A DNA stretch of 64,000 nucleotides, from assembly GCA_951406725.2 (NCBI GenBank), contig OX597817.1, positions 14,198,001 to 14,262,000 on the forward strand, given 5' to 3'. Below, piece after piece: positions 26,012 through 39,080 of the stretch. This stretch comes from Octopus vulgaris (Eukaryota). Each line of letters starts with the position of its first letter. The first letter of the stretch is position 1. The notes beneath the pieces were generated by a model. It was given only the letters and a program-made list of their open reading frames with translations, was not told the DNA's origin and made no database searches. The translations under genes were made by a program, and so were the position numbers.

Positions 26012-26190
26012 GCATATATATAGATGTATAATATGAATATATATAGATGTATATGTATGAATATATGCATGTATATGTATATGTATTTATATATGTATAT
26101 ATGTATATGTATATATATTTCCTCTGTCGAGTTCCAGATTATCTTTGCAATTTCGGCTGGTTATATACTCGAGATTGTTCCAATATATAT

Positions 26191-26262
<72 letters not shown>

Positions 26263-26311
26263 ATACATATATACATATATATACATATATATATATATGT
26301 ATATATATGTA

Positions 26312-26353
<42 letters not shown>

Positions 26354-26452
26354 CATATATATACATATATACATATATATACATATATATATACATATAT
26401 ACATATACATACATATATATATATACATATATAAATATACGTATATATATAT
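25939..26452. repeat. Compound (TA)n/(TATG)/(TACA) microsatellite
   Basis: Direct inspection. Confidence 0.9.
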
Positions 26453-26455
26453 AAA

Positions 26456-26719
26456 TCTTTTCTTTGGAATTCTTCAATTATGTTCAACTTTAAAGTGTTA
26501 TGCTTTCCATCTTTATAATCAACTTTTCTTAAATTTCCTTCATATTCTCTTATATATACACACATAAACACACTCACATACACACGCGTGCGCGCATATA
26601 TACATATATATATATACATATATAAGGGAATATGATGGAAATTTAAGAAAATTAGATTATAAAGATGGAAAGCATAGCACTTTAAAGTTGAACATAATTG
26701 AAGAATTCCAAAGAAAAGA
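26456..26719. repeat. ~100-bp inverted repeat (26456-26558 / 26619-26719)
   Basis: tctttggaattcttcaattatgttcaactttaaagtg versus cactttaaagttgaacataattgaagaattccaaaga. Confidence 0.9.
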
Positions 26720-26869
26720 ATTTTCCAATGGTTCCTGTTGAGAATAAAGCTTGATGATCAAAGAATAACAATAACAGCAGTCACGTGAGATAACATCGAC
26801 AGCAACCAGAGTAGTTCGAATGGAAACCGGATATTCTCTCAGATATGTATATAGATACGTAGGAATCAT

Positions 26870-27124
26870 TTACCTTTTGCATGTTTTAGCCATTGGGCTG
26901 TGGTCATGCTGGGGTACTGCCTCGACGTGTTTAATCGAGGAAATCGACCTCAGTACCTTTTTTTAAGCCTGGCAATTATTCTATCGGTGTGTTTTACCGA
27001 ACCGCTAAGTTATGGATAAGTAAAAAAAAACAATATCGGTTGTCAAGTGGTGGGGGAGGAAACATGGATAAAGACATTCACATAAACATTTCACATACAT
27101 ACATACATACATACATATACATAC

Positions 27125-27157
<33 letters not shown>

Positions 27158-27466
27158 CGTGTGTGTGTGTGTGTGTGTGGAGGCGCAATGGCACAGTGGT
27201 TAGGGCAGCGGACTCGCGGTCGTAGGATCGCGGTTTCGATTCCCAGACCGGGCGTTGTGTGTGTTTATTGAGCGGAAACACCTAAAAGCTCCACGACGCT
27301 CTGGCAGGGGGTGGTGGTGATCCCTGCTGTACTCTTTCACCATTCTTTCTTCTGTTGGCCTGCTCGTTTAGCCAGCGGGGTGGCGTCATTCGAAGGCTAA
27401 AACAATGCGAACGCATTGTGACCAGCGATGTGTAGCAACATCTGATGGTCTGGTCGGTCACGTGAT

Positions 27467-27522
<56 letters not shown>

Positions 27523-27683
27523 CAAGTTTTTTTGTTTCTGTCTACAAAATTCACTCATAAGACCTCTTTAGTCGGTCCGAGGTTATAGCAGAAGACACTT
27601 GCTCAAGGTGCCACACAGCAGGATTGAACTCGGAACCAAGTGTTTGAGAAGCAAATTACTTACAGCACAGCCACGCCTGTGCG
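26870..27683 (-). mobile_element. Diverged SINE family A split by family C-head SINE
   Basis: Tail 26870-27070 and head 27520-27683. Confidence 0.7.
27179..27473 (+). mobile_element. SINE with family C head but alternative 3' tail
   Basis: First ~165 bp match family C. The tail ggcctgctcgtttagccagcggggtggcgtc...ggtcacgtgat runs into (AT)n. Confidence 0.85.
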
Positions 27684-28076
27684 TATCAACATTCAGACAA
27701 CAACATAAGAAACAAAGTTACAGGAAACTAGATAACAATTTATATTTTATTTCTTAATTTTATTTTTGTATCTGTTAATAGATAATCTAGATTAAAAAAG
27801 ATAAAAGGAAAACCTCTCAACTCTTAATGAAGTCAACAACGAAAAGAAGCAAATGAAAAACGGAAAATAAATATCATTGAAATATAAAGTCTGCTTCCGG
27901 AATACAGGCTGAATAGACCGGAGATTATCTTGATTTTGTAGTCGAAAGAATTACCACAGACAATATTGTTCAAAATTAAAGAATCTTTGGAAAAAAAAAA
28001 TTATAAAGTCCGAAACTTCTGTTTAAAATATTTAATAAGTGCTCAAAAAACCCGAAATAATATCTGATTGGTTCAC

Positions 28077-28639
28077 ATGGCGGCGAGCTGGTAGAAACGT
28101 TAGCACGCCGGGCGAAATGCCGTTACGTTATGAGTTCAAATTCTGCCAAGGTCGACTTTGCCTTTCATCATTTCGGGGTCGATAAATTAAGTACCAGTTA
28201 CGCACTGGGGTCGATATAATCGACTTAATCCGTTTGTCTGTCCTTGTTTGTCCTCTCTGTGTTTAGCCCCTTGTGGGTAGTAAAGAAATAGGTATTTCGT
28301 CTGCCGCTACGTTCTGAGTTCAAATTCCGCCGAGGTCGACTTTGCCTTTCATCCTTTCGGGGTCGATTAAATAAGTATCAGTTACACACTGGAGTCGATA
28401 TAATCGACTTAATCCGTTTGTCTGTCCTTGTTTGTCCTCTCTGTGTTTAGCCCCTTGTGGTCAATAAAGAAATAGGTATTTTGCCTGTCTTTATGTTCTG
28501 AGTTCAAATTCCACCGAGGTCGACTTTGCCTTTCATCCTTTCGGGGTCGATAAATTAAGTACCAGTTGCGTAGTGGGGACCATCTAATCGACTGGGCTCC
28601 TCCCCCAAAATTTCGGGCCTTGTGCCTAGAGTAGAAAAA
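28077..28639 (+). mobile_element. SINE family B trimer
   Basis: Three ~180-bp core units within one 18-bp TSD aatatctgattggttcac (28059-28076, 28640-28657). Confidence 0.9.
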
Positions 28640-28790
28640 AATATCTGATTGGTTCACGGAATGGAAAATCATATTGCCCTTTTAAATTACTTTGAAAAGT
28701 GAAGAACGCTGACGACTACAAGCCACAATCTGTCCACCTACAGACTACGATGTCTGAAATACAATATTACAAATGACTGATACCTGAAAG

Positions 28791-29008
28791 AAGGCGGCAT
28801 GTTGGCAGAAGCGATACCGTGCTGGGCAAATTTTTTAGCGGCATTTCGTCTGTCTGCGCGTTCTGAGTTCAAATTCCGCCGAGGTCGACTTTGCTTTTCA
28901 TCCTTTCGGAAGCTATACAGTAAGTACCAGTTGAGTCCTGAGGTTGATGTAATCGACTTACCCCCTCCCCCGAAATTACTGGCGTTGTGCCAAAATTTGA
29001 AGCCAATA
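28791..29008 (+). mobile_element. SINE family B, older monomer
   Basis: Core ttctgagttcaaattccgccgaggtcgactttgc. Confidence 0.8.
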
Positions 29009-29079
29009 TCTGGAATTAAAGTAATTTCCAGAACTGAATGGGTACTGGGAAAGCTGCTGTAACTGCAGACCAATTAGTT

Positions 29080-29547
29080 TACAAAACCATAACATCGGAG
29101 AGGAGGAGAAAGATGTGACATGAATGTATATTAGACTGACTGCCAGAAAAGTCTGGATTCTCCGCGATTACACACATAGATCCTGGAAGGATGAGCAATG
29201 ATGAAGGAAATACCAATGATGAAGGAAGAACATTTAACACGTTTCGAGTAAATGACAAACATTTCTGCAGATAAAGACAAAAATAGTACTTATCAAAACT
29301 AACCTCTCTATTTACAAGAATAGGTATATTCCAAGAAAGATCTTCCCTCCACTCTTTTCCTGCAAAGCCAGTCTGGACTTTTATGGTAGGTTGGCTTTTC
29401 TTACCATCTTATTTGAATAGCATTCTGTAGCCCCATTTTCAGATTTTTCACAATTTCTTTTATGCTTTTTCTCTTTGTTCTCACAGCTACAGATTTTGTT
29501 TAATAATTCTAGGCTTCCCTGAAGGTACAAAGTCTCTTTGTTCTGAC

Positions 29548-29601
<54 letters not shown>

Positions 29602-30770
29602 TAGGTGAATGAATTATCCTATGTTTATCGTCAGCATGGAAAATTCGTTTAACCGAAACCTGGGTAGCAAATTCACGGAATAAAAATATGCTGTCTTCGA
29701 AACATATGTCGAGAGTAAAGGAATTTTGTTAACATCTTCGTTCGACTCCATTCTTTCATTCATATATATATATATATATTTGTTTTAAATTTCGATTATT
29801 CTTTAATTAAGCCCCTTTTTTTTAGTAGATGATTGGCATTCAGTTCTGCTAAACAGACGATAGAACAATTATATTTATGTAAATATTCCAAAGCAAATGA
29901 TTTGAGATTTGCGTAGAAATATGTTCCAAATCAATCTCGAAGAAAAGAAAATAATTAAAACCGCTACTACACAGATAAGAGAGCCATAACTTACAGAAAC
30001 ATATAAATGTCTAGTAATCTAGAGAGATGCCTCTCACACACACAAATGAAAGAAAATATGAGGAAGGAATATTATAGACTTATTAGATTGATATTTAGCA
30101 GAGCTGAATGGAAAAACTATAGCAGGCAGCAATATTTTAGCTGTCTCATTATTAATAAGTTGTAGTCTTAATATTCTCAACTGAACGTCTAATAAGGTAG
30201 CATTGAGAAACAAGAAGAAAAAAATCAAGAAATATAATAACTACATTTTGAATACACCTACAAATTTTGACGCAGAAAGATTATATTAACCAGGAGGGCC
30301 ACCAGCAACTGGAAAAGTAATATGAAATAACTACAATTGAACTATAAAAAAATCCAGTAAAGAATAATAGAAGTTTAATAGAAATATGGGGGAAAAAAAA
30401 CACGGACAATACCTTTAGAGAAGCCAACAAATACAAAACAGAGGCTGAAGTAGCTAGAAAGAGAAGAGAAATAAACAACAAATATTGTGAAAATGTGGAA
30501 AATTGTGCTACAGAATGCTATAGAAAAAGAATGGCAAGAAAGCCACGTGTTTGACTAACACCTGAAAAACTGAGCAGGATTGAAAGAAAATGAAGAAAAT
30601 TCGCAGCTCTGGCTGAGATGCGCAGAAGAAAATGTTGAAACTGAAAAGTTTTTTATATTGCATCACAGGATCAGATCTGTTGTACTAGATACTATCAAAA
30701 GTAATTGTAGAGTATATTGAAGTTTGAAGAACAATCATGTCATTTAATGTACATTGGACACTAAATCAAT
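29080..30770. mobile_element. Scrambled, very old R4-like fragments in both orientations
   Basis: Relics RIGIFQE (~29318) and IASQDQICCTRYYQK (~30657). 29390-29460 is inversely similar to 30483-30545. Confidence 0.45.
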
Positions 30771-30850
30771 TCCATTTATAGTATTCCGATGTCTAGGAGA
30801 ATGTGTGTGTGTGTGTGTGTGTGCTATAGAAGTTGTTGTTTTTTTATGTG

Positions 30851-31212
30851 TTGCCTTCGCTAAGGTGTAGGTATTGTTTTCAGTCGTGTTTGTTTGTCCG
30901 TGGACAACACATTTCAAGAATCGCTGGATGGATTCGGATTAAACTTTCAGAAATGTTTGGCCTTATGACTGGCACGAACTGATTAGATTTTGGGATCGAT
31001 GCGGTACCGGACAAGGATTCTAGATTATTTTTTCGGGTTTTTGTTTTTTACTTAAGTTTAGAGAGCGGTCGGGTTCAGTTTTAGTATTTTCGTTTGTAAG
31101 AGCAGTCGATTTTATTTCAGATATTCTCATTTTAAAAATCCTCTCCGGTTGATCGTTGAGAGGACGTCGGTATTGCCTTGGCGGAGGTTTGCACTCCCTG
31201 AGTGCTCTTGTT
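30851..31212 (+). mobile_element. Helentron-associated non-autonomous element (HINE/DINE-like)
   Basis: Subterminal IR CCTTCGCTAAGG / CCTTGGCGGAGG, (GTTT)n after the 5' IR, 3' hairpin GCACTC-CCT-GAGTGC, TT end. Confidence 0.75.
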
Positions 31213-31564
31213 AATTTTTATTTTCTTTTTTCATCGTGATACAATATTGCAGGTTTGTTTTAGTCATCCATACCAAACTGGGTATTTTGATTTTAGAAAA
31301 TTAGTTTTGGCACCAGGAGTAAATTAAATATTAAGCAAGTTGCATGAGAGTAATCTGCTGCCATTCCTACATCGACTAGTTTTCTATAACACCTTGTTAT
31401 GAGCACACCGCCAAGTCCATTAATACTGCATGATACCATTAATACTGCATGATACAATCGTTCATGTTGCAAGAAATAATTACGTAAATTCTTCTAAAAC
31501 GTACTCAGTTGACTTAATAAAACAAAAGTACATATTAGTTAATATACTCTTAGGTACACTATGT

Positions 31565-31934
31565 GGAGGCGCAATGGCCCAGTGGTTAGGGCAGCGGACT
31601 CGCGGTTTCGATTCCCAGACCGGGCGTTGTGAGTGTTTATTGAGCGAAAACACCTAAAGCTCCACGAGGCTCCGGCAGGGATGGTGGTGATCCCTGCTGT
31701 ACTCTTTCACCACAACTTTCTCTCACTCTTACTTCCTGTTTCTGTTGTACCTGTATTTCAAAGGGCCGGCCTTGTCACTCTCTGTGTCACGCTGAATATC
31801 CCCGAGAACTACGTTAAGGGTGCACGTGCCTGTGGAGTGCTCAGCCACTTACACGTTAATTTCACGAGCAGGCTGTTCCGTTGATTCGGATGAACCGGAA
31901 CCTTCATCGTCGTAACCGACGGAGTGCTTCTAAA
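31565..31934 (+). mobile_element. SINE family C
   Basis: 13-bp TSD aggtacactatgt (31552-31564, 31935-31947). Confidence 0.9.
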
Positions 31935-32840
31935 AGGTACACTATGTCTGTCAAAAAAGACATGAAGGACAAAACTGGAATGCTTTTTATAATAGGTTTG
32001 CTCAATCAGGTCTGACTTTATATGGTAAATCAGACAAAACAATACTACACTTACTGAGCTTATTGGAGGACGACGGTGAAGTTGTGGAGCTATCATTTTG
32101 CCTGACTTGATTCCAGATAGTGTGTTATGTTCTTAAAAGAATATAGAAAGAACTCCTTAAATGACAAATTCGTAGCTAAAGCAGAAGTTTTTCCATTTCC
32201 CTTCTATGTCCTAGACACTGATGTATGATAAAACAACCGTTTCTGTAGAGTATCAAGCATTAAATCAGAAATACTTATGCAATAAAGAAATGGCCTAATG
32301 ATTAATGTTATATTAATCATTTGAAAAACTACGGCCGAGAAGCCAGCACGTTTGGGTCTTATTTGATCTCTTCAGCGACGCGTAGATTTCAACTTACTTT
32401 GTACAACTATATATGTAGATGTACAACATTGTACATGAATATATATATACATTCACACACACACATCCATACATATATATGTGCATGTGTGTGTGCATAC
32501 ATATATATGTGTATATATATGTGTCTGGCTGTCTGTCTGTCTGTATGTATGTATGCATGGATGTATGTATGTATTATGTATGTATGTATGTATGTATGTA
32601 TGTATGTATGTATGTATGTATGTATGTATAGAAGCACGTGATTCCATACCTTATCCTTCTGAACAATACCTTGAGAGTGAATGTAGTCTATTGAGTAAAA
32701 TTTCCAGCACGGAAGTTATGTGTGTGTGTGTGTGTGCGTGCGTACATACCTAAATTTGTATGTATACATAGCTAAAGATATACGAACACGTGTTCACGTG
32801 TTTCTCTGTGTGAGTGTGTGTGTGTGTGTATGTGTGTGTA

Positions 32841-32878
<38 letters not shown>

Positions 32879-33006
32879 TACCGATCTGATATCGGCGTGT
32901 GTGTGCGTGCGAGTGAGCGAGAATCCATATTATGCACTCGACTTTCCCATACATACTATATAAAGGTTATCTATTGATAACTTTATGCTAACCTTTATAA
33001 TATATT

Positions 33007-33071
<65 letters not shown>

Positions 33072-33590
33072 GAGAGAGAGAGAGAAAGAGAGAGAGAGTG
33101 ACAGTGGGGAAGCGAAAGAGCGAAACAGTATATCTACGCATGCGTGCGTATACAAGGACTCTGTAAAGATATCACGAAGTACATGCAAAATGACCAGATT
33201 GCTCATTTCCATATCGGTTGCTGTGTTTTATAAAATTCTTTTTCTTCTTTTTTTTTTGCCCCTTTCCTTTCAAATTGTGTAAAAAGTTCTAGGAACGGTT
33301 CCAGTTACGAAAACATTTGTGAAATTTCACAAATGTTTTACAACTTGCGCCTTAGGCTGTGTGATAGATTTTATTCATCTAAGATAAGTTCGTATAGGAT
33401 CCAGCATGAATATTTAACAACCAGTATGTGACAGGCGGACGTAAGAACCGTAGTTTTCAATGCTTCTCTCGTGCTAATAGAATAAGAATGAATAAAGCGT
33501 GGATAATGCCGGGTGGATTCACATTTCACGGTTCAGTAAGCGTAAAATAGCGGCAGACTAGGTGATGGCGCTATCTTTCTCGCTCAACTC

Positions 33591-33729
33591 ATACATACAT
33601 ACATACATACATACATACATACATACATACATACATACACATATATATATATATACATATATACATACATATACATACATATACATACATATATATATAC
33701 ATACATTCATACATACATACATACATACA

Positions 33730-33762
<33 letters not shown>

Positions 33763-33797
33763 TCATTCATACATACATTCATTCATACATACATACA

Positions 33798-33829
<32 letters not shown>

Positions 33830-33884
33830 CATACATACATACATATATATATATATACATACATACATACATACATATATATAT

Positions 33885-33915
<31 letters not shown>

Positions 33916-33976
33916 CATACATATATATATACATATATATATACATACATATATATATATACATATATATATATAC

Positions 33977-34013
<37 letters not shown>

Positions 34014-34124
34014 CATATATACATATACATATATATATATACATATATACATACATATATACATATATATATATACATATATATATACATACGTACATAC
34101 ATATATATATACATATATATATAC

Positions 34125-34198
<74 letters not shown>
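33591..34198. repeat. Compound (ATAC)n/(TA)n/(TG)n microsatellite
   Basis: Direct inspection. Confidence 0.95.
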
Positions 34199-35669
34199 AC
34201 ATATGTATATATTCTTCGATGAACGGAGGTGCACACACCGTTTCCAGCTATCTTTTGGGTGTTAACCTTTCCTAACTTCTTCATAGTTTATGGATTTTCG
34301 CTCACATGCACCTCTCTCTCCCTCTCTTTTTAGCTGTTTGCGTATGCAAGTGCACAAGTCCACATGCGTTTGTGTGTGTTGTGTGTGTACATATATGCAT
34401 ACATACATACAAATTCATTTATGTACACGTCTGCATGCAGAAAGTAGAGAGAACACACACACACACACACACATACATACATCTACATACGTACATACAC
34501 ACGCTGGCATGCACATATTTACATACGTAAATATGCTTAAACATTGATAAGCGTGGGTATACGCGTGGGTATACGCGTGTACGCCTCTGTGCGTTTGCGT
34601 ACGTGCATGCGTGCGTCTCTACCTGCGTGTGTCTGCTTGCGTGTGTACGCAAGAACCCAGAACGTAGATTTAAGTTATTTTGCGAATAATAAAGAATTAG
34701 GGCGGGAGAGATAATAAACGAATGAAACAGTCAACAAAAACTGCACTCTATAAAGTCATCAGTGTTCAGACTTTTATAGTTTTGTTGCCGAATGGGAGCT
34801 GGTCAGAGCACACGTTCCCATCCGGGGTACTTTGTTCTTCTGTTGACAGCCCGATTACTTCATTAAGTCAGCTGTGAAATCAAGCATTTGATTAGTAATT
34901 CCTTTCTAAGAAGAATTAATAAAAATTTAAAAAAATAGAAAAAAAAGACACATGAATAAAGTAAAATAAAAAGAAGGAAAAAGAAGGAAAAGCAAATCCC
35001 GTGCTTAATTTATAATCTATCGGCAAGGCGTATCAATAGAATGAGAAAGAAAAGAAAAAAAGGAAAGAGAAAAGGAAGAAAGCAAGCAAGAGAAAGAAAG
35101 AAATATAGTAAGATAGATAGAAAAAGGCTGTATCAATAAAAATACTAATTATAATACTAAATTAACTAGAGCATAATGTAAACTAACTTAAATAAAATAT
35201 TAAAGCGGTAAGATCTTCCATATCTAATATACAGAGTTGAAAAGCTCCAATTATCTACGTAATTAGCAAACAAAACCTCCTTCTAAGGAATGTTTAAAAT
35301 CTAAAAAAAAATACGAGTTAGGGAGATAACTTAAATAACCTCAGATAGATGAAATTTTTGGAAAATATATACTGTGTAGATGGAAGTGAGTTTTGTATTT
35401 AAGATAAACTAATGCCTAAAATCAACTGGTTATTTCGCTAATTGATGTTCCGCATTAAATAATATTCTAATATAATTAAGGTATTATAGCAAATAGTCTG
35501 CAAAGATGAATAATCAATGTATTTCATGCTATGTCGCCAGAACATGTAAATAACGTTTCTTTTAGTGGAGTGTTAGAAGAAAAGAAGAATTTTGATCGAC
35601 AGCAAAGAATAAATGTACTTAACTGTACTCTGTCTTTAAATTCTCTCACTTCAGAGTTCAAATACACCG

Positions 35670-36021
35670 GCTTTTATCTTTTGTCCTTTACTTGTTTCAG
35701 TTATCGGACTGCGACCATGTTGGTGTACCAGCTTCGAAAGTTTAGTCGAAGAAATCGACCCTTTTTTTCTTTTCTTTTTTTTTTTCAAGAGTGGTAATTA
35801 TTCTATTGGTCTCCTTTTGCGGAACCGCTAAGCTGTGGGACATAAACAAACCAGTATTGGTTGTTAAGCAGTGACGCGGAACAAGCGCAAACACACACAT
35901 ATACGCATATACGACGGGTTTCCACAAGTGTCTGTCTATTAAATTCATTTGGTCGGTCCAAGATGCTGCACAGTCGGACTGAATCAGAAAGCCCACTTCT
36001 TAATCACACACCCATGCCTGT
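35670..36021 (-). mobile_element. Diverged SINE family A
   Basis: tttacttgtttcag...gaaccgctaag...cacacccatgcctg. Confidence 0.65.
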
Positions 36022-36394
36022 GTCCAGACTAATTTTGACTTTACTTCTACCAAATGTGATAAAAACAAGCACCATTAATATATCAGTAATCGATGCAATT
36101 GATTTTTCTTTCTAATTACCTGATCTAGTTCAGTGGTCATGGACTTCGTAGGTCCTCCAATAGCTTTTACTTTTGGTGGTGAAAATAAATTTAGTGACAT
36201 TTCTTTACTACTTATTCATCATCGCTGTGAGAGCTTAGTTCAAACGACGAACTACTGCTTGCAAGAATGATGGACAGATGTAATATATAATCGTCAATTG
36301 ATCTAATGACTAGTCTTCGAGAAGAAAAAGTCTTTCATTGCTTAATTACAAATTAAACTGGAAATCGATATCGGAAAACTTTAGGCACAATCAC

Positions 36395-36680
36395 GTTTCT
36401 CTTGAAGATTTTTAAGTTAACATCTGCGGGTAAGATAGGAGCACGGAAGAAATTCCAAGGTCTGGCAAGGCAGGTCTGGATATAGCGTTTAGTGCAAGAT
36501 ATGAGTGGGGTGGGTTGGGGATGAAACACAAGAGAAATAAAAAGGGAACGGGAATGATTGAATTAAACTAATACGAACCTAGTTGATTCCCAGGAGCAGA
36601 GGCTATTGTAGTAGCAATGTAGAGGTTAATTTTTTTAGAACTGGGTTTGAACTTTTTGATAGAGTTAAATAGAGTTGATT
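36395..36680 (-). mobile_element. Old CR1/L2/Jockey-type LINE 3' fragment
   Basis: Relic LARPWNFFRAPILPADVNLKIFKRNV resembles the LINE C-terminal WNxLP..NLxxFK motif. Confidence 0.45.
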
Positions 36681-36936
36681 TGCTTTTGCCTTTTTGTTTT
36701 TTTATTTTGGTTTTTTTGGGGGGGGGGGGGGTTAGAATTTAAACTAATGGAAAATATTTCTTAAAGTGGCACAGGGCTACAATCTTTGGAGAAAGTAATG
36801 TAAAACTTGACAGGAAAATATTTTATCGAAGCAATTGGTCGAAAGTTAAACCTGATCACTGCGAAATCAAGCTTAAAGCAGTTTTTTGTCATTTCACTAC
36901 TCTACAATTTACCATTTTAATATTCACCACTTATTA

Positions 36937-37153
36937 AGGCAGCGAGCTCGCAGAATCGTTACCGTGCCGGGCAAAATTCTTAGCGGCATTTCGTCCATCT
37001 GTACGCTTTGAGTTCAAATTCCGCCGAGGTCAACTTTGCCTTTCATCCTTTCGGAGAGGTCGATAAAATAAGCACCAGCTGAGCAGTGGGGTCGAGGTAA
37101 TTGACTTACCCCCTCCCTCGAAGTTGCTGACCTTGTGCCAAAGATTCGAAACC
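36937..37153 (+). mobile_element. SINE family B monomer
   Basis: Core match; flanking repeat aatattcacca (36919-36929, 37154-37164). Confidence 0.85.
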
Positions 37154-37288
37154 AATATTCACCATTTGCTGTTTAGATTTCAAATATCATTTTGAACAGA
37201 CAGCAGAGACAGAATAACAGCCTTGCCACCCGAGTAAACCGTAGGTAAATTGGTGGATAGTAAATATTTAAGGTAAAAACAGTAATTA

Positions 37289-37686
37289 TTTTACTCTTTT
37301 ACTTGTTTCGGTCATTTGACTGCAGCCATGCTGGAGCATCGCCTTTAGTCGAGCAAATTGACCCCAGGACTTATTCTTTGTAAGCCTAGTACTTATTCTA
37401 TCGGTCTCTTTTGACGAACCGCTAAGTTACGGGGACGTAAACACACCAGCATCGGTTCTCAAGCGATGTTGGAGGGACAAACACAGACACACTAACACAC
37501 GAATATATATATATACATATATACGACGGGCTTCTTTCAGTTTCCGTCTACCAAATCCACTCACAAGACTTTGGCCGGCCCGAGGCTATAGTAGTGGACA
37601 CTTGCCCAAAGCGCCACGCATTGGGACTGAACCCGGAACCATGTGGTTGGTATGCAAGCTACTTACCACACAGCCACTCCTGCGCC
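37289..37686 (-). mobile_element. SINE family A
   Basis: Full-length match. Confidence 0.88.
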
Positions 37687-38890
37687 AGTATAAACTGAAC
37701 GTATATAATTTTCTGGATAAGAAATATATTCCCTCTTATCCAATATACATGAATTAAGAACCTAAATGTACAGAATTAAGGAAAATATTCTGGAAAAATT
37801 CAAGGGGTAGATTTTCCTTCCTTCATTTCTTTGATCGGTTATTATTTTTGGCGGTGAAAATAAATCTAGTGACATTTTTTTTCACTACCTATTTATCATC
37901 GCTGTGAGAGCTTAAATCAAAAGAGGAGCTGCTGCTTGCAAGAATGACGGACAGATGTTGCATATAATCGTCAATAGATCTAATGATTAGTCTTCGAGAA
38001 GAAAAAAATCTTTCATTGCTTAATTACAAATTAAACTAATTCAACGTGGAAGTCGATATCGGAAAACTTTAGGCACAATCATGTTTTATTGGAAAAGCGA
38101 GAGTGAAATCAATTGATTGCTGACATTCAGAGGAAAAGCAAAATCAACAGTGGCAGCAAATATTCATTAGAAAATTAAACGCCGAATTGGAAATCGTAAA
38201 AGGAAAAAAAAATTCCATAAGCTTTCAATCACTTTCGATACTCATTCATCTATACGCTAAAAAATTACATAAATTTATGTAGAAATCGGAAAATTTTATG
38301 TTCCTTTCTTTGAAAATTAATGATACTACCTTGTACTGTGCGGTAGTAAATCTGGTATTAATTCTATAACTACAGGTTTCGGTTCCTGATTGGAGAAACT
38401 TGGAATTACCTTGGCAAGCATGCACACATCACGCACAAATGAAGTCAAGGAAAGTGCAAATACATTTGAAAGATTTCCCTAATCTAGCGAGATTTGTGTA
38501 TGTGATGTGTAAGTATGATTTTTATCGCTGTCGTCCAAAATGACAAATCTTTCTCTGGATAGTATACGTTTACGTGATTTCTACTTGTCAGCTAAATTAA
38601 CTGATATAAGAATAATTTAGATTTTCTTCTAGGGCACATCACTGATTTTGCAGAAGAATATGAAGCCATAACAGGAATAAATGACATAATTTAATTATAG
38701 ATGTCAGTGAAGTAAATAAATCAATCTTTGTGCAAAGATGGGTTCTGAATTCAATATAAAACTTAATCACTATATTTTACACGTTGTTGATGATTTAGTC
38801 TTTACTGTCTGTAATCTTCACTTCAACCATACGTCCCTTGTCATGCCTATTTGCTATTTGCTTACGCAGCTCAATCTGTTCTGTAGGTTA

Positions 38891-38977
<87 letters not shown>

Positions 38978-38982
<5 letters not shown>

Positions 38983-39080
38983 TAATCCAAACAAGAAAAC
39001 AAAAAGACAACAACGCAAGGATGTGGAATAAATAAAGTATTATTGGACGCTCAAGAAAGAAGGGAAGAAGGAGGGTTTAA
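38978..39080 (-). mobile_element. Truncated copy of hammerhead-bearing unit at 49698-49920
   Basis: aaagttaatccaaacaagaaaac...ggagggtttaa shared; embedded in (TA)n. Confidence 0.8.

Larger units (their letters stand above)
36171..38085 (+). repeat. Dispersed ~225-bp direct duplication (36171-36398 / 37846-38085)
   Basis: Shared catcgctgtgagagctta...tagtcttcgagaagaaaaa...gatatcggaaaactttaggcacaatca. Confidence 0.9.

Noticed and set aside
27179-27250. tRNA gene
   Set aside because: A/B boxes are present, but it is the head of a multi-copy SINE with body, tail and TSDs, and has no proper acceptor stem or terminator.
28077-28639. CRISPR-like or satellite array
   Set aside because: The repeats are ~180-bp SINE core units with no unique spacers, in a eukaryotic context.
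29620-29715. Hammerhead 3' half GAAACATATGTC with CAGCAT/ATGCTG stem
   Set aside because: No upstream CTGANGA or stem I partner; at best a broken relic.
31417-31454. 19-bp tandem duplication ccattaatactgcatgata
   Set aside because: Ordinary slippage duplication with no further structure.
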